From Oopsacas minuta (lineage: Eukaryota; Animalia; Porifera), in assembly GCA_024704765.1 (NCBI GenBank), contig JAKMXF010000049.1:40387-91000 (forward strand): a DNA stretch of 50,614 nucleotides, in the 5' to 3' direction. A model generated the notes under the pieces. The model was not told the DNA's origin, did no database searches, and worked only from the letters and a program-made list of their open reading frames with translations. Both the position numbers and the translations under genes were made by a program. Below, piece after piece: positions 11,901 to 24,403 of this stretch (its first letter is position 1; each line of letters begins with the position of its first letter).

Positions 11901-14900
11901 GAATTATCTATGAATTGTCTTAAATCTTTAGAATTGTATACGAGAGAGATGAACCTGAATCAAACAGCCCGTTACCTCATCTATGGCGCTACAGAACTAT
12001 TGTGAGTCTGGAGCATTTCTCTCAGAGCTTCAGTACAGCTGATTTAAATACCAAAAACAAGTGTCCGTTAGTAGACAAGTTCCTGAAAGAAGAAAACAAA
12101 TTATTCGTGACTCGTTATTTATCAGACATTGTACAGCTACAGAGACGAGTAGGAGATAAGTTCCTACACAGATTGGATAAGAGAGAAGCTGCTAATACTT
12201 CTATTAAAGATTTCTTAGATAGAATGAAAACTGGTAAATAGTTTATAGTTATACTCTATTCTCTTTTTTGAGATGAGTTTGCCATTTTGAATTTTATTCT
12301 TAGAGAACAAACAAGAATCAGAAGAATTAGCTAGACTAGTGAAGAGTCTTGCTACAGCATGGAGTATAATTGGAGAAGATGTGAAGAAGAATGGACGTCT
12401 CAAAATGGAAGAAGCTCTAGAACAACAAGAAATAACTTATGCTACTTCTCTAGCCTACCTGCTCCCCTCCTCAACAGGAGATGGAGTGCTGATCACCTCA
12501 CTCACTGACTATCTAGTGCTGATACACAACTCATTTGTACACGCCTACAGAGACAGAGTGAAGGGGTATGCATCATTCTATTAAATGATATGTCTATAGA
12601 CATGTCTCATATCATTCTTATTGTATTAGGTCCCGTAGTGACAAGATACCACTCCGTGAATTGAATATGAGTCATATGATTGAGTATGTGGAACATCTGC
12701 AGCCTCTACTGCTGTCACAAGCTCACTACTCACTAGCTCTCGGACAAGGAAGTCAGGTGACATATGATTTTGAGGGAGTAGAACAGCAATTAATGGAACA
12801 ATTCATTCAGAACAAACCTCTTATTCTAGCAGAACATCTCCGCTTTGAATATATTCGTGAGGCTTATAACCTGGGTGTGTTTGAGCAGGTGCGACACAAA
12901 GTTCAACAGGTGAGTAACTCTTTAAAAGGAATATCTTCAGTGTTCTTTCTGTCAAACACTAATATATTTGGTTATTAATCAATATTATCTCATTATTAGA
13001 CTGAACTGAATAAAATAGTATGGAGTGCAATACGGAAAGATATGGACTCTCTTGAAGCAGTTACTGATGTTCTCCTACTACTAGATGTAGTGATTGGATT
13101 CTTATCATCAGCAGGAGGAGATCCAGAACAGAAATTGTCTTCTTATCTTTATGATGTTCTAAAATACTCTTACACGTCAGAAGGAGCTGGTCCTCTACAG
13201 AGCAGAAGAGTATGTATAATTGTACATTATCTGTAATATGTATACAATTATAGTAAACTCTCATTATAAAGAAGCTCCCAGGACATCTGTTTCATTTCGT
13301 TATAAACCCAATTACATACATTCAAGCAATCACTTTGATATAACCGAAGAAGATTACTGTCTGTCTTTATATTTGTACTAATATACTTACCTATTTTATT
13401 GAAGGTATAAATACTTGGCAACTTCTTACTTCCTTCCTTCCACGTGGCAATTTGAATTTCTGAGTTCTAGTTGTATTAATTTGGGGATATAGATGTGTAC
13501 CCATTGTCTATTGTCTAGAATGTGCTATTTCCACCACTTCTCAGTTCTCACAGTTATTACAATTAATTATACAACGGTTTTGTTTACTAATATTTACATT
13601 TATTCTTTCTTTCTACAGGCAGAGAGTGCATTGCGTTTGAAACATATACTGAGCTTTTGGGAATTTATGTCAATAGAGAAAGCTCGTAAACTTTGTCTCC
13701 ATGGTCAGGTGAGTACCAGGTGTATTTGGTTGACATCTATTTATCCAGCACACATCTTGTAATTACTGATTAGAGTATTACTAGATCACCAAAAATTACT
13801 GTGAAGATTTAGAATATAATATTCTAACGTCAAAATTTCCTATTATAATTCAAAATAAATATAGAATTTGTTATCGAGTTTGAGGAATATCGATTCTACT
13901 GTCCCAATTGCCTCTATATATTGGGACATTTTGAAATCGCCAAATTATCACTTGCTCAGATTGTAACCTTTTTCCAATATAGATTACCTACTCTTCTCTG
14001 AAAGATGAGTTTCAGGAAGTTGTGAGTGAGGAGGAGAAACAACAAATAATACGAAGTTGTAACCACTTTCCAGTAGAGAAAATTTTGGTATTTCTTCATG
14101 ATTTTATTCTCTTCTTTGTGCGAGAGAGAGATGCTGTAGAGAAGGACTTTGGGTGAGGACGCGAACAATATATAAAAGACCATAGCCTACTAAATATAAG
14201 GCCTAACAGTAAAAGTACCAGGGATGAAGTATTAGCTGAAAGCATTTATATACATGGTCTTTTTATTGTAGAAAAGATACATTTTTGCCTGAATAAATAT
14301 TTTGCAGATTTGTAGGACATCAAATTTTATACAGAAAATGGTAAAAACTTTTAGAAATGTATAAAAATATGTGGCTAGTAAGCATTTATTTAGCAAAATA
14401 TGTTATTCTTTGATGCCTTGTAGAACGTTAAATATTGCATTTATCAACTCAAAGTGAATAAATGAAATGATCTATGGATCCTTTTATACAAAATGTCAAA
14501 AGTTTGTTATTCAAAAGTTGGCTCGTTGTTGAGTTAAGGTAGAGACCATGGATGACAAGTTTTTATGAATATTCAATTATAACTCGAGAATCATTACAAT
14601 TATCGTAAATCAGGATAGTCAATTTATACAATTTAGCCGACTTCCCATACCCTTGTAATACATTTTGATAGGAAATAATTGAAGAGTATTGCAGAATATT
14701 GAAAATGACCATATATGGGCATCGTCACATTGGTGTGAGAGATATCATATCAAAATGTATTGCAAGGGTATGGGAAGTTGGGTAAATAGTATAAATTGCC
14801 TATCCTGATTTTATGATCATGTAAATGATTCTCGAGTTATAATTGAATATTCATAAAAACTTGTCATCCATGGTCTCTACCTTAACTCAACAACGAGCCA

Positions 14901-16001
14901 ACTTTTGACATTTTGTATAAAAGGATCCATAGATCATTTCATTTATTCACTTTGAGTTGATAAATGCAATATTTAACGTTCTACAAGGCATCAAATAATG
15001 ACATATTTTGCTAAATAAATGCTTACTAGCCACATATTTTCACACATTCCTATAAGTTTTTACCATTTATTTGTGTAAAATTTGCTGTTCTACAAAAATG
15101 TAATACATTTATTCAGCTAAAAATGCATTTTTCTGTAATAAAGAAACTATGTCTATAAATGATTTCGGCTAATACTGCATCCCTGGTGCCAAAAATTCGA
15201 GTTACTGTTAGGCCTTATGTTTAGTAGACTATGAAAAGACAAATTTATTGAATAATACAGAAATACTAATTAGTTTTGATATCCTAAATTCCCTATATAA
15301 TCTATTAACTACACAATTCAACTAAATATGAACCATAAGGTTAACTAATAACTATGTGAACGTTACAAATTCTATATTTTCTATATTCGCAGAATTCATA
15401 AAACTTGTATAAATACTGCATGGGCACTCTTTGTCGGCTCATTAACGTTTCAATGTACAATGGGTAACACTTTATTTTTTCTATACTAGCCTGGAATGGA
15501 AGCACCCCAGGGGATTCGTAACCAGAGACGTAGCCAGGATGCGGCACATGGGGCACATGCCGAACCTAAATTGAGTGTGTCCGCAAAGTTTTTACATAGA
15601 AATGTATTACAGCTTTACAGGTGCGGTATTGTACATTATTTAACAAAAATTTGTACAATAATAAGGACTTAGATTTGAGAATACGATTTGTGAAGTCAGG
15701 TACTGTGTAATGGGATTACTGATATTAGTATACGGATTCAAACAACACTCAATAATATATGTGCATAGCATATAATGTGTGTACTGCAGATGCCATACCT
15801 AAGTAGTTTACTGTATTTAAATTTGATTTTTATAGACTGAGGGAAAGCATAATGGAATATGCTGAAGAGAATGATTGGAAACTCCCTGAAGGGTTCTGTA
15901 AATTTCCTGAAGGAATCAAACTATCACAATGCGCCTCTGCTTGGTCTGTGTTAGCTGTATTAGAACACAGTATTACTAACACATATGTTACTGACTTATA
16001 A
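5963..16001 (+). CDS. RNF213: RNF213 (mysterin)-like E3 ubiquitin ligase, C-terminal ~899 aa including the RZ finger; 5' part not in window
   Basis: 13 phase-compatible exons with GT-AG introns: 5963-6091, 7453-7551, 8727-9101, 9285-9457, 9511-9788, 11708-11873, 11932-12233, 12304-12565, 12630-12909, 13000-13209, 13619-13708, 13983-14152, 15836-16001 (2700 nt, TAA at 15999-16001). Motifs: DYFIIYGEDY, RZ finger WYECPNGHPYFIGD|CGRPWVVSKCRECGSQVGGSRH, LREQWEREF, LWRYRTIVSLEH, YLLPSSTGDG, FLHDFIL and the terminus LRESIMEY...FPEGIKLSQCASAWSVLAVL. Confidence 0.92.
6738..6795. repeat. Dispersed repeat, direct copy at about 28515-28570
   Basis: aaaatacataaccctgagctgcact(t/c)ccagt(t/c)tgtc(g/a)gctgga is shared by both sites. 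Confidence 0.75.
8473..8601. mobile_element. hAT-like MITE, same family as 19699-19944
   Basis: Ends caaggttgcaac / gtttcaaccttg with internal aaccgaata/tattcggtt repeats; no clean TSD at this copy. Confidence 0.65.
14181..15233. mobile_element. Foldback element (~490-bp arms, ~80-bp spacer), P/Galileo-like, in an RNF213 intron
   Basis: Termini CATAGCCTACTAAATATAAGGCCTAACAGTAA / TTACTGTTAGGCCTTATGTTTAGTAGACTATG. 7-bp TSD aaaagac at 14174-14180 and 15234-15240. Arms run 14181-~14669 and ~14748-15233. Confidence 0.8.
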
Positions 16002-17264
16002 CATGAAATATACAATGAATATATTCTTCAGTAATACACTGAATTTAGTATATAATATTATAAGAATTTGTTTATGTTTCTTTTTTGTATTTTTGATGAG
16101 TCTTAGCTCTTATTAATCTTTTACTTCCCAGAATTCTACATTTGTATACTCATTATATACTTGTATAATGAAATATTTTTGACTTATTTACTTATTTGAT
16201 ATTTACTAATTAATTTATTTGTAATATTGTAATATCTTTATATTCTCATATTAAGTCACTAATTTGAGTCTTGGGTCTATTCTACGCAAGGCTATCCGAA
16301 TTCTAACGTGGCTTGACGAAGTATATTTGCCGTGCAAGATCCGAGGATAACCCAATCAGCATTATTATGTCACCATTATGATTCCATACTTTGACTTAGA
16401 CTCTTATATCTTACAGGATCATACTAGATCATGATTTATTTGCTCAACCGATCTGAGTGCTTAACCGATTACGGCCGAAGTGTTATCTTTGTAACGAAAG
16501 GAACAGGATAATTTTACCACTTCCGCACCAAAATGAGATTTTAGCACCTTTTTGACGTCATAAAATCACACATTTTCCCGGCAGTATCTGGTTAAGTAGT
16601 AGTAAATATTGTTCTTATTACCTGTATGTTTGTAGAATCAGCAAAAATATACAATATTTATGAGAAAAGTTCTAAAATATGATTCCTACATCTAAATGAG
16701 GTTAAATGAAGTGTTTTCATAACTGGCATCCACTATATACTATATACCGGTTATAAGAACCTACTGGATATATGAATTGTGGTTCCTAGACTTATATATA
16801 TATTTCAGTAGAGTCTCTTAAGGAAGTTGACCTTTGAGACATGTTACTAGACACCTTGGTGAATAAATTCTTGTTAAGGAATTTGTTCCCAGATTGACAA
16901 GATATTTGATAATATTCCCTGACAAGACTATAGAGGGTAATGATCAAACATATGAGTCCCAGCAATCGGAATGCGATCACAGTTCCTCAGTCTCAGCCAT
17001 ATACATAGGATATAAGCGCTGCATTTGACCCAGGGTCTCTGACTGAGAATGAATATTTTCAGGCGCCACAAGAAGTTGCGCAATACAGAACCAAATGTTT
17101 CACAAATACACTTTCAGCAGACAAACAACGAAGGCTGCCAAACAATTTAAGGGACTAGACATCGATGTTATGAAAATAATTAATCTCGACACACTTTTCG
17201 CAGCAAATTTTCTAAGACTCAGAAAAGGGACTACGCATTAATCGATATCCAACGACAACTATTA

Positions 17265-17880
17265 CATAGTGTGATACCACTATCAAAATTAGCGAATACT
17301 GGAGAGTGGAGACAATCTAGATGACTCCATACTAACTGCAGAGGCCTTACGAAATCAGCTATTGAGCCAATCCTCCCCTCATGGAGACATCCACGAAAAA
17401 TCTTACTCTTCGGCCTGGAACAAATGGAGAACATGGTGCAATAAATGGATTGTATCAATTTCACAAACTGCAGTGTCGTTTGCAAGTATCATAAGCATCG
17501 TGAGGCCACTAATAATTATTGCTAGTAAATTCATTACTTTGAGAGTAAATGATTTGATGTCTGCGGGTAGTACTCGGACAGTCTTGAGAAGTTTAGATAC
17601 GTTCCATGTGAAACGTACTACCTTGGGTTGGGTTGTTTCAATACCCTTGAGCAAAACTTGGAAAGGGAAAACCTCAAAACAATAGAATAATAACTTCGCA
17701 TCCAAGCGATACAGAACTATGCCTTATAAACCCTGAAAAATTACATTGAGAAAGAACCGCTCAAACCTGGAGATGTTAACAACTGAAGGTTACTTGTTAC
17801 CGGTTACTAAGGAAAGTGTTAAATTGCGCCAGCTTACAGCATAAGCAAACTAAATCATTGCCCCTAGCGTAGATTGAAGA
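17265..17880. pseudogene. DIRS-type retrotransposon tyrosine-recombinase relic with an internal inversion
   Basis: On the + strand: RGLTKSAIEPILPSWR..KSYSSAWNKWRTWC (~17340-17445) and DTELCLI..NYIEK (~17708 onward). On the - strand, 17450-17700: LLKGIETTQPKVVRFTWNVSKLL..TLKVMNLLAI. These resemble consecutive parts of DIRS recombinases; stops and frameshifts are present. Confidence 0.7.
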
Positions 17881-19474
17881 AGAACCTGAATCTACTTTAC
17901 CCCGCTCCGTGGGGCTCGTCGAATTATTCCATTAGTTAATTATGTACCTAGTACCTATATGGCTATATCATAAATCATTATAAATTTACTTACGAAGAAT
18001 TTGGATTCAGGGTACGTACTTTTGTTATCCCAGTGTAGCAGTTGAGGTCTAGTATCAATATTTTGAAATTTATATTATTTTGCATACCATAAATCCCATT
18101 CTTGTCAACAGACAGACAGACAGAAAACAAAGAACAAACAGCAATTGAGATTTAATAATATAGATTATTATATACAGACTGGCTTATAAAGTGAATTATA
18201 ATTAATTATTGCCAATCCGGCACTATATTGTGTATTATGATACATTCTATTAAACTATCGACAAGTCAAATGGAATGTAAAATGATAAACTAGTACAAGA
18301 GGCTAGTTAATCTGTAACTTGGCAATTATTGCTTTTTCGGGATGAAAATGTTTCCCTTAGTTTCTTTCTTGATTTGGTGGTTCAATATATTCATAAGAGG
18401 CGCAGCTGATCCCACGACCCACATCAATCAGTGCGTTTTGATCAGTTCTTTAGTAATCAAGAGACTGCATTTTACTGAAATACAGTCATAATAAGCAATA
18501 TACGCAATATAAGCAATATACGCATGACTCTCAGCTCTCACGATTTCAAGTTTACAGAAAAATAATACTAAATCGCAGATCTCACGATAGAATAAAGATA
18601 TTATTCACAAATCTCGCGATTTTGAATTTATAAGGCCATAATATACATAGGATAGCTCTGTATTAGTCTGTTAAAATATATCAATTCATTAAATATACAA
18701 TTAGGCACATAATTATGTAGTTAATGAATTGATAGATCCAAGAAGACAAGGAACAACAGCTGACAAGTCTGGCCCCACACAAGACGGAGATACTTACACA
18801 CAATACCCCCGTCTTGTGTAGAACCATCCTAGTAGTTGCGACATACAAGAATTGAAATATCCTAAAGTAGTCTATATTCTAAGGATCTTACTATTGATGA
18901 GAACACAAGTCTTAGCTGATGAGATAAATTTAGAAAGGTATCATTCTTTCTGAGAAGAATTCCACCAAAGCTTTCACAAATCAAAACCTGAGATAGCAAT
19001 ACGGTATAGATAGTTCATAGCAAACTGCTATGCTACAGAAGTACAGTATCTAAACTACATAAATTTGTTAATTGCAGATTCAAACACAGAATACTATCTC
19101 TTAGAAACTCCCTATGATTCCAAAGCACAACCGAGCAATCATTATAAGATACTTATGCCATTCCTTCAAGATCCTGGATACTAAGGATACTAACAAGAAT
19201 TCGCTGATCCGTTGGCCGATTCAGTGTGAGATTATTTCTAATATGGATATGGCATAATTTCGTCTACGTATATGGAGAAGGCCTGGAGTAGCATAGTTAA
19301 TACTTTATAAGAATATTTATACCCTAGGTCTAAGTACCTATTCATTAGTGATAAGATATAATTACATTAATGTAATAATATCTTCCTATTCTGTGAAATG
19401 AATTAAAACAAGCAAATTAAATTATTAATTCAGCAAATAAATATACAAGAATGACATCAAAATAAGTAATACAG

Positions 19475-22400
19475 TTAATAATCTTTTCCAATAAAATCAC
19501 TCATTGGATCATTCTTCATTTTTTTTACTCTGTGATAAGCTTCTAACTGTTCTTCAGAAGGAGCAATAGGGTCTGCCTGCATAGAACTGTAAACTCTCTT
19601 ACGATCTGTAGCAGAATTGTTGTCAGACTCTTTGTTAATTTCTTGCTGTATCTCCTTGATAGCTTCTTGTACCTGAAAATATATTGGTTACTTATTATCA
19701 AGGTTGCAACCGAACAATTCAATATTCGTTTTAAACAAATGTATTTGTCAAATAGTTCAATATTTGGCTGGCTCCCGAATATCAGTATTCGGTTGACCAA
19801 AATATATTTCATACTTGCAGACCCCCGGGGATTACCCCTGACTATACAAGAAATCTATGGAAAATATAATGAAAGATTGGTTAGTAAGACATTTGACCGA
19901 ATGTTTGTTAGAACAACTATTCGGTTGATGCGGTTTCAACCTTGCTTATTATACAACAGGTGATCAATTTATGCCAGCAACTGCCTATCAAGTCGAATAA
20001 CACTATTGGGAGCGAAGACCTAAGTCAGGTCTAGAGGACTGAAGCTACAGTACGATTACGCTAGGACTTACAAAACTAAGCTCAAGCTGTCTAGCCTGTC
20101 TTAGAAAGGATGAAGGTAACCGAGCTAAACATTCACCCTACTCACCTGACCTTGCCCCATGCGACTTATGGTTGTTCTCAACACCAAAGAAAAACCTTGT
20201 AGGCAAACATATTCAGAACAGGATCGACCTATACGCTGAAAGGATAAGTAATATAGACCATCTACTTATAGTGAAGTATAGTGGAACCTCTCTAATGGGG
20301 GGGGAAGTCGGACCGGCGAATCTCCTGATAACCCCCACCCCCATTTATAATTCATAATACACATGTCCTTTAACAGAGATTTGAGTCTGTATGTATAGCC
20401 ACTTCCTCTAACGATTTTTTCAATGATATTTGATCTTATAATATCCCCTAAGGCTGTTGATTAAATATAAAAATTTGTAAGAAATTTTCTTCTGAGAAAC
20501 CCAAAAGTTTTAACTCATCAAAGCGGTAAATATCTGTTGTTTTCCATTTTAGCTCAAAAATTGATTATTCAAGAAAATTTATTGTAGAATTTCCCACTTA
20601 TAGAGGCATAGAGGGTCAATGGTGTGAGGCATATATTTCTCTAAAGTATTTCCATTCCCCATTCCCCGCTTATACGCTGAGGTTCCCAATAGATAGAAAT
20701 CCCGCTTATAGAGGAGGTTGCAGGTTGCATTTTTTCATGAAGTTTTTTTAGTTTGCGATAATACTGTAGTTCACCATAACAATAGTATTATTACTACATA
20801 GCATATGTTACCCACTTTCTCCTCTCTAATCTTGTCCAGTTCTTCCTGTGTGACTTTATTCTTATTCTTTCTCTTCTCAACCATCCTCTCTTTGTGTAGC
20901 TCTACAAGTGACTTACTAACAGAGTCATCTGTCTTCTCCATAGCTTCAGCTAAATATTTTTCAGCTTCTCTCTCTGCTTGTTGTCCTGCTAAACCGGTAC
21001 AGTAGGAGAGCTTAATCAGAGAATGACAGCACGAATAGCCCCATCTACATACCATAATTATATAGTAAACTACTTATTATCAAATTGAAATCTGATTATT
21101 TTGTCCATTTGATAACACTACCCAAACGACAAAAATAACCCAATGGACAAAACAGTTGTGCTTAAAACTAACAGACAAGATGATTGTTACGACATATACA
21201 CACACCAATTGACAATAAACACGGCTGAAAATGATTATCTATCAATTAAGGAAATGTTCTAATCTTAGATTTTGAAAATTACTAAAATTTAGATTATTAA
21301 ATTGCTATTTTTGTCTGTCTGTCCGTTGTCAAGGAAAGGATTTACGGAATGTGTATCGAATTCGAATTTCTCAATTCTGACATGTCGCATAACTTGTATT
21401 TATCGTGTTTAACAAGAAAATAAACAGAATTCAACAAAAGTTGACTAAATATATCGAATATGCTGAATCCGATTCTCATACTTTAGAATAATCATATGTA
21501 AATTATTTGTTGTTTTTATGAATATTAAGTAAACAAATAGTTGAAATCTCAAAATATAAGTAGAGACTTGCTCTTAACAACAACAATGAGTTAATAAAGT
21601 ACGCTGAATCTGAATTTCGCATTTTCTCGTCCAGTAAATGCACCACAAATATTTTTAGTCATTGTGTAAATAAAAACATAATTATAATAACAACTCACTT
21701 TCCTTCTTTCCAATAAGAACCCCAAACAGCTGTGTGATTACTATCCAGCTTATCTTCCTCATACTTGGACTTAACAGGAGCTCTCTCCTCTCCCTTCACT
21801 ACTCTACCAGTTCTAGAATATTCTATGTACCTCTCGTTCTGAGAGAAGATCAGCTCCTTGGGGGGAACCTTCAGGTACTCTTCTCCCCCATATTTGTCCA
21901 GAATTTCTTGTTTTATTTCATTGTTAAATGCGTCTTTCCGTTGATTTACCTAATAGCTATGATAATTACCTAATAGACAGTTCGTAGTTGGTACGTAGAT
22001 GTATTTAATCACTAAAAGTAAAATACAGTGGAACACGCTTATAACGAATAAAATGTGACTAGCATGACTGTCCCAATTAGTTCGTTATAAGCGTGTTCTA
22101 CTGTATATGCTAATATGATTATATATCTCACTTCTTTATACAACAGCTCTGCTTTGGTTGGCTCTCCCTGCAAATGTAGCTCTACCCCTCTCTCAAAAGC
22201 TTCCCAAGTGAACAGCTGTGCTTTAGCCATGTCAGACGTCTCCCCCGAAGACCTCACGAAGTTCTCTCCTGCAAAAGGAACTTCTGAGGGAACCTTTCCT
22301 GTGTTGCTGTAGGGGTTGTCTCGCATGGATCTGCTCTTTGGATCGTAGAAAGCAGAATTTAAATTCAGATTAAGCAAATACTTAGCTGTGTCTTCTCGTA

Positions 22401-23437
22401 TTCTCAGATTCCTGACAGTTGTCCTCAATTTAGAATCGAACTTCTGTCCTGGTACACCAACAATCTCTGAACACATCTCTTCATTATCAGAATCTCTACC
22501 TCTGTCACTACCTACAGCTTCTTTCTTCACTCCATTATCCGTAGGATCAGTATTATTAATTACCGTGACGCCATTATCACTACCTTCAGCCTCTTCTATC
22601 TTCACTTCATTCTCTGTAGATTCTTGATGAGAAGTCAGCTCAGTTTCTAAAGTTTCTGCCTTTATTTGTTGTTTTGCTTTTTCAACTAATACGTGTTCTT
22701 CCATAACCTGTCAGATATCAGTATAGTTACAAATCAATTAACTGATTAGTAAGAAAGTACTATATCATAATAGTAGCTATGTATTAAGTATAGTGGTGTA
22801 GACATTCTGCCAGGAGGGAGGGCACAACTTGCATTCCAACCGCCAGGCTTAAATAGAAGTAATTTTATTGTTTTATTAGTATACATATTGCATACCTTAT
22901 CATAGTCGTTAGGATTGAATCCATTCCATCTGTCTCTCTTCCCGTCATAATCCAGACTCAATTCAGGTTGTTCATACTCATCACAAGCAATATTGTCTCC
23001 ACTGAATATAGCTCCCACTTTACGTGGTCTATCCATACAATCTCTCTTCTTATGTGTAATAGCTCCACAGTTCTCACAGGCCCCCTTCCTGAACTTACTG
23101 CTCTTCTTGCTCGTGTCTACTCCTCTCATATACCAGTCTAATATGCCATCAAATTGCTATGATACATATATAGATATAACAGTATAGTATATTCAATAAG
23201 TTAATAGTTTACCTGCTGTTTCTCTGGCTGAGGTCTCTGATGTTTGAGAGTAGGCTGACCAGTAGACACATACCAAGGGGCTGACTTTATATACTGAGGT
23301 ATGTGTGGATTAATGTCCCTGCCTGACTCATCAACTTCAGCGGGAGCTGTTCCTGCTTTCCTGGCCTCTTCAAGCTCCTTCTGCTTCCTCCAGCCCTCTT
23401 TAGAGAGTTTCTGCTGACCCTCACCAGCTAAAGACAT
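19475..23437 (-). CDS. SLU7: Pre-mRNA splicing factor SLU7 (579 aa, 6 exons)
   Basis: Phase-compatible exons 23213-23437, 22896-23156, 22132-22707, 21699-21949, 20816-21044, 19475-19672 with GT-AG introns. Motifs: [10 protein letters not shown], zinc knuckle [71 protein letters not shown]. Confidence 0.96.
19699..19944. mobile_element. hAT-type MITE in the last SLU7 intron
   Basis: TIRs caaggttgcaaccg / cggtttcaaccttg, with a perfect 8-bp TSD cttattat (19691-19698, 19945-19952). Confidence 0.88.
20045..20235 (+). pseudogene. mariner transposase C-terminal fragment (intronic)
   Basis: [11 protein letters not shown] (degenerate LHDNARPH), then after a frameshift [28 protein letters not shown], the mariner YSPDLAPxD motif. 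Confidence 0.8.
22026..22103. mobile_element. 78-bp pogo/Tigger-like MITE in SLU7 intron 3
   Basis: 23-bp TIRs cagtggaacacgcttataacgaa / ttcgttataagcgtgttctactg (one mismatch), flanked by TA. Confidence 0.9.
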
Positions 23438-24403
23438 TCTTTCTTCTCACAGAATAACACTATGTAATATGCTAGTATAGAATAGTTAGGTAAAATATCA
23501 AGTAATAGAATACAATCTATATGATTAAATATCTGTTATAAGAGAAGGCTTTATGGTATGCTATTTTGAAATTGAATTTCACTAAGAGTTAAGAGTCCCG
23601 GTATAAGCCGGTTAGAGCATCCACATCCCTAGAAAACTGGTGTTTTAGGGGCCCTTGGATCCAGAAAACAATAGAGATATAGGGATCAATCCAGTGATAT
23701 AGGTCCCCCACCCGAAGGTACAAATAAGCTCAAGGTTATAGTTCATAAATAGATTTCTTGTTTGTTGATCCATATTCTTTATTATACAGTGCAGTAGATG
23801 CCGGTTCTAAGAACATCGTCGGGAATTGCATATACTGTTCTTATATCCGGCATGCGGTATACAGAAAATATCCCTTTTAGGAATACACTTGGGGATAGCA
23901 AAAATATTAGATAATCTATTTACTGCATCGTTTTAGGATCCCAAAAACAATAAGGGATTTCGCCCTTATCCCTGAATCTTTAGTATTTTAGGAACGTGGA
24001 TCCCTAAAAGCTGAAACATTGGATCCCCAAACACGCTTACACCGTTAATAATTTGTAAAACTGCTGTGAAATTAAAGATCGGAGAAAATACATTTAGGCC
24101 TCCAACACTCCTCCACTACCCTCGTGATCATTGTGCAACTAATAACTACCTCTTCTTCTGGTACAGTGGAGGTTGCCTTATACGAAAATATAATAAGTCA
24201 GGATAATCTATGCTATTAAGGATATGTTGATATTTGGACATATAAACTAATACAATCAGAATGAGGAAATTATATTTTCTTCATCATTTGCTCATTTGCT
24301 ATACTAATAAATATAGAATGTATACACCAGCGTTAAGCTAATATAATTATTAGCGAGATGTTTGTCAACAGAGATCCGAAGACCAGATCCTGACGACCTG
24401 ACC

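Noticed and set aside
13956-14183. Minus-strand ORF; another minus frame (SLLESGYNF..SILEKGYNL) first suggested a Penelope-like retroelement
   Set aside because: The + strand of the same bases is a phase-compatible RNF213 exon (13983-14152, FLHDFIL), which explains the region fully.
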